Below, one piece after another: positions 1 to 12,095 of a stretch of DNA of 64,000 nucleotides; within the stretch, counting starts at the first letter, position 1; each line of letters opens with the position of its first letter. The stretch covers positions 164,488,001 to 164,552,000 of the forward strand of contig CM059425.1 in the NCBI GenBank assembly GCA_030390025.1, given 5' to 3'. A model generated the notes under the pieces. It saw nothing but the letters and a program-made list of their open reading frames with translations, searched no databases and was not told where the DNA came from. This DNA is from Squalus acanthias (Eukaryota). The translations under genes were made by a program, and so were the position numbers.

Positions 1-87
1 GCAGATCATAATACTGGAGGTGTAAGCAAGGCGGCTTCATCTGCAACACGCCCCAAAACCAGTGACGTAGGTCCAAAATCACCAAAG
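1..87 (+). CDS. CAST: Probable calpastatin C-terminal coding exon (5' end may lie outside the window)
   Basis: Open frame ADHNTGGVSKAASSATRPKTSDVGPKSPK ends at phase-0 donor AAG|gtaaag (88-89). KAASS resembles the human CAST C-terminal exon (DKCKKAASSSKAPK). Position is tail-to-tail with ERAP1. Confidence 0.6.
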
Positions 88-889
88 GTAAAGACAAGTG
101 TGAGCAGGAATGCTTTAATATGGAATATAAAACCATCCCTAACTTCACACCTGAATTTATAACTTGGTGGAATTTTTTCCTTGTATGGTGAATCAGTTGT
201 GTTGAGGAATTGCCTGCTACACATAAGCTTGAACCTAGAAACATGAGCTGTGAGACCCAAAATTGGAAAGTCTATTTGTACCAGCAAAAATAGAATAGAC
301 CTATTCCTGAGTTTGCTGAATGACTGGGCTATGCCATTAGATTTTCAGTTTCTCTTCACCAGAAATCCTCCACATAAATAAGAATAAAGCTCAGGTGGAT
401 TTCCCACTAGATGGAAAAGGCTTCGGGTTTTGAGGTGGAAGAGGTAACTGTGCCATTTATGGCACTGCCTAGACATCTACCCTGTTTGGGGGTGGGGGGG
501 GGGGACAAACTTTTGGAGCAACACCTTGTTGCTCTATTTGTGAGGGGAGGCAGGCTGATGTGGTTGCATGCTTCTCCTGGCCCTATAGAAATCTTCCCTT
601 TCACTGCCGAACCTCCATGGCACCCCTCTTTTATTAAATACTACCAGCGCAGCTCCGCATAGGAGCTCGGGATCTCCAGACCCCACCAATCAGCGAGGTG
701 CCTTTCAGCACTCCAAATAAGTTTAATAAGGCCTGACCATGAAAATGGTACAGATGGTGACCTTAGGGCTGCAGTCCCAGAATGCTTTATAGAATGGCAT
801 GGAATCAAAATAATCTACTGGCCCATCAAACCTGCTGCCTCCAGCTGACTATAGTTGCTCGGTCGTGGAATCTTAACCTCCTCAGGGAG

Positions 890-1101
890 ATAGAAACAGA
901 AAAATAGGAGCAGGAGTCGGCCATTCGGCCCTTCGAGCCTGCTCCGCCATTCAATATGATCATGGCTGATCCTCTATCTCAATACCATATTCCCGCTCTC
1001 TCCCCATACCCCTTGATGCCTTTTGTGTCTAGAAATCTATCTATCTCCTTCTTAAATATATTCAGTGACTTGGCCTCCACAGCCTTCTGTGGTAGAGAAT
1101 G
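890..1101 (-). mobile_element. CR1/HER1-type LINE 3' end fragment
   Basis: End of ORF2 (KKEIDRFLDTKGIKGYG) plus the gatcagccatgatc...ggagcagg...cctgctcc hairpin tail shared with the long CR1 copies. Confidence 0.85.
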
Positions 1102-1397
1102 CCAAGATAAATAACCAAGGATAGAACTTGTAAGAATTTTTACACTGACTATGGTACTTTGAATAAAATTGACTGCCAAACACACTTTATATGCATGATG
1201 AGCAGCACTGGGGTCTGGCGTCATTATTTGTTTTGCCCCATGTAAAATGAGAGCCAGAATACACATTAAAGCCAAAATGTATCTTCCTGCTTACTGCACA
1301 GAAAGATCTGAATAGAAACAAGCTGTTTTATATTTCAACCAACTGTATATAGTGATATCTTATTGCAATATTTGTTTCACCTTATTCTTTTAAACAG

Positions 1398-1439
1398 AAA
1401 AAAGATCAATCTGTTCCAAAGAAAGCCCGTAAACGTTAA
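1398..1439 (+). CDS. CAST: Probable calpastatin last coding exon, KKDQSVPKKARKR* (exon continues to 1453)
   Basis: Acceptor ttcttttaaacag| at 1396-1397, phase 0 matching the upstream donor. TAA at 1437-1439, donor CAG|gtaact at 1454-1455. A stop in a short penultimate exon followed by a UTR-only exon is the human CAST architecture. Confidence 0.6.
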   Translation, partial: KKDQSVPKKARKR

Positions 1440-1909
1440 AGGCTGCAGAACAGGTAACTAAAAATATGAAATGTTCAGAGTAAGTTCTTAGAATCTGTTA
1501 GTTTTTCCTCATTTGTTCAACATTCGTGTACAAATAGGATATTCATACCTTCCCAGATAAAGATTCAAGCTGTGGCACCTACAACTAGGCCAAGTGACCG
1601 GGCTCCTCTGCCACTGCATTTGAGACTGCACCTAGAATTCTTTCTATCTCATTACAGACCTACTGTTCCCCCAACACTCCAGAAAGTTTGTTGAATTCAC
1701 TATTCATCATTTTTACCTTCTTTGCAAGCCTACAATTATAGAAATATTGGGGATGATTTTAACCCACCTTGCCCAATGGGAGCAGAGCAGTTAAAATCAC
1801 TGTCCCGTTCCGGCTTGCTGCAAAGTTGGAGGTGAGGGAGTGGTTGAGCAAATCAGCGGTTGTGGAGATATCATGGTGAATAGTGGAACAAAGGATAGGA
1901 AGTTGGTAA

Positions 1910-2877
1910 TCACAGCCCAGTCAACACTGCAGTCCCATTCTTACCAATGTCTGGGTACTGGTGCACAAATTAGGAGAGCTGTCCCGCAGACTGGTAAAGC
2001 AACAACTAGACATTGTATTCACAGAACCATATCTATCAGCCAACATCCAAAACACCTCTATCACTATCCCTGGGTAAGTTCTGTCCCATTGGCAGGATAG
2101 ATCTACCAGAGGTGGGGCTGCAGTGGAATACCATTGGATGGGTGCGGCCTTGGGTGCCATCATCATTGATTCCAAACACCATGAAGATACATGGCTTCAG
2201 CCTAAACAAAGCTTAAGAAACCTCCTGCTGATGACCACCTACTGGCCTCCCTCAGCTGATGAATCAGTACTCCTCCATGTTGAACACCACTTTAAAAAAG
2301 CACAGAGGGATGCAAGGGCACAGAATGGAGGAACTTTAATGTCCACCATCAAGATTTAGCAGCTCAAAACTAAGCATCCATGACAGCTTGAGCCATTAAC
2401 AGCAGCAGAATTCTATACCATCACAATCTATATCCTCATGGCCACGCACATCTCTCACTCCTCCATCGGCATCAAGCTGCAATAGCAACCCTAATTCAGT
2501 GGAGACTGTAGAAGGGTGTGCCAGGAGCAGCACCAGGTATACATTATAATGAGGTACAAGCCTAGTGAGGCTACAACACAAATCTACCTGCATGCTAAAC
2601 ACCAAAAACGGCATTCTACAGCCAGAGTTACATAGCCCCACACAAGAGCAATATTCTGTAGTCCTACCATATCCAGTTGAGAATGATGGTAGATAATCAA
2701 GCAACTAAATGGGAAGGGGAGGTTCCAATAACAATGGTGCAGCCCAGAACATGAGTGAAAGAGACTAGGCTGAAAGTTTGCAAGCATCTTCAGTCAAAAT
2801 TGCTGAGTGGACGATCCTGCTTCACTCTTCCCATGGTCCCCATCATCCTAGATGCCAGTGTCCAGTCAATCAAGTTC
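1910..2877 (+). mobile_element. Degraded LINE family B (APE region); followed by CR1 tail fragments at ~2877-2978 and ~3035-3212 (-)
   Basis: Decayed frame LTNVWVLVHKLGELSRRLVKQQLDIVFTE, homologous to 29346-29450 (-); the later part matches 40590-40860. Confidence 0.7.
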
Positions 2878-3951
2878 ATAAGAACATAAGAACATAAGAA
2901 ATAGGAGCAGGAGTAGGCCAATCGGCCCCTCGAGCCTGCTCCGCCATTCAATAAGATCATGGCTGATCTGATCCTAACCGCCAATCTACTATCTATCACA
3001 GAACCATCTCCTGCATCTAACAGAATTGCACACACGAAATAGGAGCAGAATCAGGCTACACAGTCCCTGGGCCCGCTCCACTACCCACAGGGCCATGACC
3101 GATCCGAACCTAGACTCATGTCCAAATTCCTGCCCGCTCCCCGTAACCCTTAATGCCCTTTACTTCTAGGAAACTGTCTATTTCTGTTTTAAATTTAATT
3201 AATGTTGTAGCTATATGCCAATTAAAAGCTGAGTGTACAGCAAATTCTAGTCTTTGCTTAGACCAGAGAAACACAATATTCATCCAGTCTATTCAGTAAT
3301 TACAGACTTTCACCAATAATTTCCATGCGGGTTCTCCTGATCCCCTCCATAATTTCAGAGGAAGCTCCGGAGAACGGGCATAGGTAGCAGTTTATGCCAT
3401 TTCTCCAGGGTATCCGCCAACATTGTGGCAGGAGATCGGGGCACTCTGTGGAAATTTTACCTCTTAGTTTAAAATACAAAATTAAATAGTAAATACTAAT
3501 TGTTTGTTTTCTTCCTCTGCAGGTCCTGGTTTAAAAACTGACCACTGTGCAAATTATTATTTTTTTCATTGGGAATGCACCTCTATAAATATCTGTGGTT
3601 TCCTTTCAATTTTCTAAAGAGCTGCTGTAAGGCAATTTATGGGAATGTAATGTATTGAACACTCAACGTTGAGCATAATGGAAATTCTAACTCAACTTAC
3701 TAATTCTAGCTTTACATCACTATGAAATATTACATGCTCTCTGGAGGTTCTCAAACTGGATTTATATATTTAAAAACTGAAATTTTTTTCTACGTGGGAA
3801 GGAGGCTATATTTGTAGGAAATGTTTACCACTAATATTTTACGCCACAAAAATGTTAGTGTTACATTTTTGATGTGTGGCAATTAGACTGTACAGTTCTC
3901 GTGTTTTCCGTCTGAGTCAGGAAATGTCGAAAGACTAAGCACAGTAATCAA

Positions 3952-4685
3952 TACCGACTCCATCCCTCTCTCTGGGAACTGTCTAAGGCTGAACCAGACT
4001 GTTCACAACCTTGGTGTCGTATTCGACCCTGAAATGAGCTTCCGACCACATATTCGCTCCATCACCAAGACCGCCTACTTTCACCTCTAACATTGCCTGA
4101 CTCCGCCCCTGCCTCAGCTCATCTGCTGCTGAAACCCTCATCCATGCCTTTGTTACTTCTAGACTTGACTATTCAATTGCACTCCTGGCCGGCCTTCCAT
4201 CCTACATAAACTTTAGCTCATCCAAAACTCTGCTGCTCATATCTTAACTCGCACCAAGTCCCGTTCACCCATCAACCCTTTGCTCACTGACCTACAAAGG
4301 CTCCCGGTCCAGAAATGCCTCGATTTTAAAAGTCTCAAATCCCTCCATGGCCTCACCTATCTCTGTAACCTTCTCCAGCCCTACAACCCTTTGAGATCTC
4401 TGCGCTCCTCTAATTCTGGCCTCTTTCGCATCCCCGATTAGAATCGCTCCACCATTGGCGGGCATGCCTTCAGCTGCCTAGGCCCTGAGCTCTGGAATTC
4501 CCTCCCTAAACATCTCCGCCTCCTTTAAGACGCTCCTTAAAACCTACATCTTTAACCAAGCTTTTGGTCAACTGTCCTGATATCTCCTTATGTGGCTCGG
4601 TGTCAAATTTTGGTTGATAACGCTCCTGCGAAGCACCTTGGAACGTTTTACTACGTTAAAGGTGCTCTATAAATACAAGTTGTTG
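3952..4685 (+). mobile_element. L2-clade LINE 3' fragment
   Basis: Decayed NLGVVFDPEMSFRPHIRSITKTAYFHL...AETLIHAFVTSRLDY and tail aaaggtgctctataaatacaagttgttg. Further L2 pieces at ~35398-35640 (-) and ~46540-46930 (+). Confidence 0.85.
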
Positions 4686-4868
4686 AACAGTAAAATGTTT
4701 ACTTTGACTGTAAAGGCCTAATATAGCTGTCCAGATATTCTATATTTTTCCTGATGCTGCACCACATAAAGCATTTTGTTTGGGACTCAGCTGTTCAAGT
4801 ATACTTACGGATTATGGCTTTGGGTGTATTATAGAACCTGAACCCCGTGGGTAAAAAGAGAATCTGAA

Positions 4869-4892
4869 AATAAAATGCAATGAACTAATAAA
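4869..4892 (+). terminator. Candidate polyadenylation signals for CAST
   Basis: AATAAA at 4869-4874 and 4887-4892 followed by a GT/T-rich stretch. Other AATAAA hexamers occur further downstream. Confidence 0.35.
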
Positions 4893-5224
4893 AGGTGTGA
4901 TTGTCGTTTTATTTGTATATCGAGTTAAATTAGGAAAGGAATTCCAGTACAAGAAAAAATATTTTTTGAACATTTACAGCCATCTGCTGCACAGACTCTG
5001 AGACTAGCCTCAATGTTGGGACATTAATATGATGCTCTGCAAGCATCGTTTAAAAACAGCACCCGTTCAGCTGAGGATGAATATCTCCTGAACCTCCAGT
5101 TAGTAATGTCTTCCTCATCATCTTTGCTTCTTGTCTCAAAGACTGGACAATGAATTTCTATTAAAGCTCTTATGAGTTCAATAAATAATGATTCAGTTTA
5201 GAAGTGGAATTAGTGAGTGAAAGA

Positions 5225-5420
5225 CTGGGTCATTGAATATATTTAAGGTGGAGATAGACAGATTTTTGAACGATAAGGGAGTCAAGGGTTATGGGGAACA
5301 GGCAGGGAAGTGGAGTTGAGGCCAAGATCAGATCAGCCATGATCTTACTGACTGGCGGAGCAGGCTCGAGGGGCCAAATGGCCTACTCCTGCTCCTATTT
5401 CTTATGTTCTTATTTATGTA
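5225..5420 (+). mobile_element. CR1/HER1-type LINE 3' tail
   Basis: Nearly identical to 57816-58007; ends in ttcttatg repeats. Confidence 0.85.
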
Positions 5421-6060
5421 AGACTCTAATAGCAAAAAACATTCTTTGTTTTGAACCTAACTTGGAAGTAACTGCATACTTTACAAAAGGATTCATTATC
5501 CCTTTCCAAATTCCTGCTACAGGAAACTGGCTCTTTTCCTCTCACCCTTACAAGCTAAGTGGGATTGGGAACTTGCTTTGTGAGAAGCATAGACACAAAC
5601 CTGCAGCGCTTTGGAACAGCGTGTTGGAAAATGCTAGGGTTGCTCTACTGAGAGTCATTGCTCTAAAACTGAAAGCACTGATTTTCACTGGCTGTAGATA
5701 CTGTTTGTGCACAAAATAATAGATCAGTGATCAGAGCTTTATGGCAAATTTAAATACCACAAATACCAAAAGTATATTTCATTTTTTTTTTACTATAGCT
5801 CTCATTCAGTGTTTAAATATTCAAATGCTGAAGAACTGGACAATAAAGCATTGAAGCTGTATCAAAAACAACTTTGCGTGCAAGTATTGATCTCTGATAA
5901 AAGTAAATTGATTTTACAGGGTTAAGCAACAAAAGTAAAAGATGAGCGAATGATCACACAAAATAGAAGCTCTACATTGTTAATGATGAACACACAGTTT
6001 TATTTTCATACTTAAGAAATCCATTGCTAACAAATAAAATCCAAAGAAATCATCTTACAT

Positions 6061-6382
6061 AAAAAAGAAAAAGACTTGCATTTATACAGTGCTTTCCATG
6101 ACCTCAGGCCATCCCAAAGTGCTTTCCAAACAATGAAGTACTTTTGAAGTGTTGTCACTGTTGTAATGTAGGAAACATAGCAGCAAGCTCCCACAAACAA
6201 CAATATGATGATGCCCAGATAATCTATTTTAGTGATGTTGGTTGAGGGATAAATATTGGCCAGGACGTTAAGGAGAACTCCCATGCTCTTCTTTGAAATT
6301 GTGCTATGGAATCTTTTACGTCCACCTGAGAGGGCAGACCTGTTTAACGTCTCATCCAAAAGATGGCACTTCCGACAGTGTA
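6061..6382 (-). mobile_element. Deu-domain SINE (SacSINE1-like), 5'-truncated
   Basis: Deu-domain-like gtgccatctttggatgagacgttaaac and L2-like tail ending in a TTTC-rich run. Confidence 0.8.
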
Positions 6383-6555
6383 TCCTTTATGGGGGAGCCA
6401 ATCCATCCCTGCTCACGGCACACTAATTTGGACTTCATATCACAGTATGAGCAACAGCCTGACACTGTACCACAAGCGTACCATTTTATGGTAGAGGTAC
6501 TTTGAATGGCTTGTTATATTAATTATTCACAGGCCAATTACATTTAGCAGACATT

Positions 6556-6630
6556 GGAGATAATTTTCCAAGTGCACACTGGTGGCGGACTAGGTTCCCC
6601 ATCGCCAGCCGCACTTGGAAAATTACTCCC
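6556..6630. mobile_element. 75-bp MITE with ~20-bp TIR and ATT TSD
   Basis: ggagataattttccaagtgc ... gcacttggaaaattactccc, flanked by ATT at 6553-6555 and 6631-6633. Confidence 0.75.
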
Positions 6631-7307
6631 ATTATGTGCTCAGTTTAATTACTGTCTCAACTGCTTACGTAATCTAAAGTTTCATTCTTACACTTTATTC
6701 ACAATGTTGTATTCAAAATACTACCTTAATTAAACAAAACTAAAAAGATGATCAAAAACCATGATTTGTAAGCCAGTTTGTGTTGCATAACTGATATTTT
6801 GCCATTCTCAGGTCAGCGTTTGAATTAGGTTTGAAACTTCGACATGAAATGCTACATCGTCTAAAGCGCATTACCAGTCGGTATCACAAAAGCAACATTT
6901 TCTACAAGCTATCTCTGTGCACATCAGGTTATAAAAATCCAGTCAATATATGTCAAAAAGGCAACGCATTTTTCCAATTATTTCATTCTCCTGGACGATT
7001 TGTGCATGGGTCTTATTGAAATAACCGAGCACCTTGATGAAAGCACACTAAATCCATCGCAGGAGGATTGCAAATGTTACACCCCTATTCAAAAAAGAGA
7101 GGGATAAACCTTGCAACTGTAACTACAGGCCAGTCAGTCTAATGTCAGTGGTGGGAAAACTACTAGAGCCCATCGTCAAGGACAAATTTAATTCTCGATA
7201 AGAGAAGCATGGGTTAATAAGGGACAGCCAGCACATTTGTTAAAGGCAAATCACGTCTGACTAACCTGACTGAGTTCTTTGATGAAGTAACAGAGGGGGT
7301 TGATGAA

Positions 7308-7463
7308 CAATGTTCCCTGTAATTTTTTTTTGGGTGCGCAGCCCCTTAAAGTGGCTGCGCGGTCCATTCAAATGTTCGCGCATGCGCAGTTATTCCAAAT
7401 GAAAAGCCAGCGAGCAACCTGCGCAGGAGCTCCAGACTGCTGTTCAACTTAACGGGAACATTG
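7308..7463. mobile_element. hAT-type MITE (156 bp) nested in a CR1 RT fragment (~7050-7480, +)
   Basis: TIR CAATGTTCCC/GGGAACATTG; perfect 8-bp TSD TTGATGAA at 7300-7307 and 7464-7471. Confidence 0.9.
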
Positions 7464-10400
7464 TTGATGAAGATAGTGCTGCAACCAGCAACTTGCGTCA
7501 GGATGCCTAGCCTCTCCACAAGGGCTCCTAGTTAATGGGCATCTACCAGTGCCACACAAAATAACCTCCCCCTGACCCTGGAAAGTGCTCTGAGTCAGCG
7601 TAGAGGTTCCTGGCAGGCTTGATACCGGCTTAATTGCTGACATTTTAGACCCATGCATTTTCAGAGCCAATGTGTTTACAGACTTATTGGGGTGAAATAA
7701 ATGGAAAAGTAAATAGAAGAGTGATTTGCCAGCGCCCGTTTTGCACTATCACCGAAGACCAATTTCATCCCCATCAAAACTAATGCACAGAGGATATTAT
7801 TGGGGATTGCTTGAGGAATGTTAATAATCATTATTATTCCTTCATGAGCAGTAGCAGTATTTCTAAGATAAATTTATTGCAGTACAGTATTCAAAATTTC
7901 CATTTTTTCCATATACCATTACTACACAAAAAGATGCATGAGCAGCCTATTCCTCACCATTTGGTTTTATCATAACCTATATTGTCTTTCAGCAGTATAT
8001 TGCGATGCGATAGAGCTTTTACACAAATTGTTTAACTACGAAGAATTAATATATTCCTACAGTAAAGCAAAGTTTGCAGGTGGAGCATTTCTAACATTAA
8101 TCACCTCATTCATCCATTCCCAGTATTCACATTAATGGGACTGTGTTGCTTCAACCTGACCATTACAGAACTCAGGCCAGAAATTGTGTGTATTGGGGAA
8201 GGAGGGCTGTAATTTGGTGCAGTAACCGGGTCTGATCATCGATAAATAACAAGGAAATTGCACTCTGCGGGGCAAGCACTTCTATGCCTTCTCCAGAGAC
8301 ACTGCAGAATACTTCAGCTTTTTTTTTAAATTTGTTTTATGGGATGTGGGCGTCGCTGGCAAGGCCAGCATTTATTGCCCATCCCTAATTGCCCTTGAGA
8401 AGGTGGTGGTGAGACTCAGTGGGATGAATACCTCTGCTGCACGTGTACAGGTGCAGGTACCTGTCCCGATTATGCAATTTACCCTATTGGGATTTGGGAG
8501 AGGGCATCAGTGGGTGAAAACCTGGCCTTTCTGCACGAACGTCAAGTCAAACGGCACCATAGCATTTCCAGGCTCGGATCTCAGGTACTTTAAACCAGCA
8601 CAGATTGATGCTTTATTCTAATATTTGAGTCTCTTGGGGCAAAATATGATCATCAATATGTTGGGATAATACGAAGGAAAATCCATTGTATTTTTTTCCA
8701 CCTCACGACTGCTGCTAAATGCAAGTATGAAAAGGTTCCAATTATTTATTAGCTGCAGCATGCTACAGATGCAGATAGTTCTTGAGGTGAAGTAGCTGAA
8801 TTTACATTTTGCCTATTTTTAATACTCCTATCGAGGGAAAGTGACCTTTGTATAGTGTTCTCACCCTTTTATCTTTACAGTGGTTGTCAAGTGTGCAATG
8901 TTCCACTGTGGAAATCCAATTGCTGCATCAGTGGAAAAGCAAGGGATCTGCTCCCACATTTACTTTCCGGAAACCAGCTCCTGGAGTCTGACAGCACATT
9001 TATATGGATATATGATGCTTTCAGTACCGTGGGTGTGGGGATGTTTATACAATAAAATGCAACCAATTGAGTGAGATGAGCACGTCTCCAAATCAGCAGC
9101 CCTCCCGCAAAATAAAAGTGCCAACACTCTTATGCCACTTTTTATTTCTCAAATACAATTAGATATTCACTTAAGCTTCATTTGCATGCATAGTAAATTC
9201 TATCAGGTACTGAATATCCAGGTAACAACTAATTATTCATCTGGATCAGAACCCAGCACCAGTGATTTTCACAATAAAGGTGCAAATTACTTTCTCTCTA
9301 AATGTGGGGGCTAAAAAAGCAGGTTACCTTCTCTAGGTTAACCCTTTAAAGCTAAGTTGGCTCAGGCTTTAAAATACAAAAGGCCTTATTCTGCTCACTG
9401 CCAGAATCACAGATAACTCTGATAGGCAGCTCTGATCTGCCCCCTTTAAATCTGTGAAATGAGGGTTCTGCCCATAGAGTTGTCAATCATAGCGAGCTCC
9501 AGCCTACCATTTTCTTTAAGGGACCCACAAATGATTGTCAATCAAAGTTACTATCCTGAGATGAGAGTCTATCCTTTGATGTGGTCCAGGAGGCTCTGAA
9601 GTCAAAGCGTGGCTAAATCCCCAACCCTGCGAATGGAATAGAATGACACTCTAGACCATCCGGTGTTGCAAGGAGCCATCTTTTCACAACTTCATGAATT
9701 GTTTGAGATGCTACATAATGACTCTCTCACTTGATAACTAACATTTTAAGCAAAAATACTATATCATCACTATTGTGCAAGCCTAAATAAGCATGCATCT
9801 TGAGGAAAATCTAATGGAGCATCTAAATGGTTTCAGGCTACTGGCTTGCTGTTTAAAAAAGATGGTGTGTGTAGCCTTGGGAATTAACCTTGTACATACT
9901 AAATCTAGCATTACATTATTATAAGTTAAAAAATCTAACACAGATTCAACATAGGTAAAAATCCAGATCGCCACAATCCATCTTACACTAATGAAAAAAA
10001 AAACTTACATTTATATAGCATTTCACCTCCTCCTCAAGACTCCAGCGCTCTTCACATTTAATAAATTACTCGCATTATTGTTAAAACATTTCAATTCGTA
10101 AATGTTAAATGAATTCAATGACTGGAAACATTGCAAATTGTTCTACTTAGAAAAGTGGTGCACTGATTCATGCATCAGGTGAGTTTCATTTAGATTGGAA
10201 CAGATTCAAATTGGAATATAACAAGCAATTAAAAAGTTGTCATCCAGCATTATTGAGAGTCCTCTTAAAACATAGTAGTTTATGTAATTACATCACTAAA
10301 GCCAGTCCCAGATGACCTGCAGGCGGGAAAAACTAGGATGGATTTGCCTTTAGATGATATAAAAACAAGGGTCGAACTGAAAGATGACCATCACTTGGAA

Positions 10401-11734
10401 ATAATGAACACTTTTCTTTTCAATATGCTTATGCACAAGCAGAATCACTAACTTCAGCAGCAGGGCTGTAATATAAATGAGGCAGCAGTACTGTCTCTGC
10501 AGCAACAGAGCTGATGTTCACTTGGTTCTTCAGCTTTCATTGTCATTTTTGCAGCCCGTGGGCAGGATGAGTGGGCAGCTCATCTATTCCGATAGGGAAT
10601 AACGCTTTCATATTGCTCCCCTCTGCACATCTTTCTGGCATCGTGCAAGTGCACTGCTGTTGTTGTGAATTCACCCCACCGTATATGTAGGGCAAATTAC
10701 GCAGCATTGGTTCCTCCAATGTAATACAGAACCGCTCTACATAAAGCAGCTTTGGGACAATTATACTATTCAACAGTAAACTGCAGTAATTTGTTAAAAC
10801 ACAATCATATTCTAGAATGAGCATAAACTTTAATAGGATTTCAAAGCAAAGTTAGCAATACTGAAAATGCATTGTGCTATTTCAGTATCTTAGAGTGTCA
10901 GTGCTAAAAACACGCAGTTGGTAATAAGACACAAATTTGCTATTTTATACTGTATCTGCTGGTGCTAAACGTTCAACATTCGCCCTGTGCTACTAATCAT
11001 CCCTGGAACTACCGACCAGACTGATAGTCAGAAACCCGATTGAGGATAACTAACCAAACATGCAATCAGGCTTCAGACTCTATGACCCTGAAATTCCGTA
11101 TGGGTACTGCCACTCTCTCACTATACCTCCAGTGGGAGACCAGTGGAACCCAGCCAGGGTAACACCACAAGTGGCTGTTTACACCATTTCCCTGGGGGTT
11201 CTGATGGTCTTACCGCCCCCACCCACCCCCCTGGAGTTATGGCAGGAGACTGCCGGAACCCCTGCAGAACATCAGGGCTTTCCAGTGTAGTCGGCAGTGC
11301 TTGGGATAAATAGTAGCAGAGAGTGAAAGTTGGAAGCTGGGGAGGGCTTTAGCGGATTTCTCTCCATTCAAAGATTGGAAAGGGCACTTTAAAAATTGAC
11401 CGTCATAACTCTTGTACTGCCTGCCCGAATATCGACCCTGCAGCAGATACAATACCTGTTACGGTGTGCAAAGTACTGCACTATGGGCTTCACCTAGCTC
11501 TTTTTAATCATTTTTCTTTTAGTCCAGATATGATGAGTGATGATGATGTTACTGCATCACCAATTGTGTCACTGCACATTGATTTTCAAACCTGGTAAAT
11601 ATCATTTTACCTTAATGATGATATAACTTTAAGCTAGTATGTTTGCAGACTTTTACAAAACTCTATAGGAAGGAACAGTGTCTCTTTAAGGAAGTTGAGG
11701 AGTGGAGAAAGGATGCAGGATGATGGTCATTGAA

Positions 11735-11887
11735 TTAATCGACGGATTTTAAATTCTCCAACCATGTATCGATCTTAACAAAATTCGTGTCCATCCATCG
11801 GATGTTCTCCTCAATTGTTTCAAATGCCTGTTGAACACACCGGAGCTGTGAACCATTTTCCTTCAAAGATTCAAAAAATCTTCGGAT
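11735..11887 (-). CDS. ERAP1: ERAP1 exon 19 equivalent, last coding exon
   Basis: IRRFFESLKENGSQLRCVQQAFETIEENIRWMDTNFVKIDTWLENLKSVD*, ttctag| acceptor, TAA at 11735-11737. Confidence 0.97.
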   Translation of the reverse strand: MRRFFESLKENGSQLRCVQQAFETIEENIRWMDTNFVKIDTWLENLKSVD

Positions 11888-12095
11888 CTAGAAAACAGAT
11901 TAATTGAGATTTTTTCTCTTTTAGTGAAAGTAAAGGATTAAAATAAAGAAGCTGGTTAACGAACAAATGGTAATCAGCTATGCTCTGCAAACCACACAGC
12001 AAATTCAGCACTAAACTATATCTCCTCCAAATTCTACAACATCACAAGCAAATAAGTTACATAAGAATATACATTCTATATTTCTGTAACGTTGC

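Larger units (their letters stand above)
3523..4910 (+). other. CAST: Probable non-coding terminal (3'UTR) exon of calpastatin; 3' end uncertain
   Basis: Branch-point-like TACTAAT (3494-3500), polypyrimidine tract tgtttgttttcttcctctgc, AG at 3521-3522, then AT-rich sequence. Confidence 0.45.

Noticed and set aside
8855..9120. Alternative CAST terminal exon (acceptor-like ttttatctttacag at 8880, AATAAA at ~9051 and ~9111)
   Set aside because: Such motifs are common in AT-rich DNA and there is no independent support.
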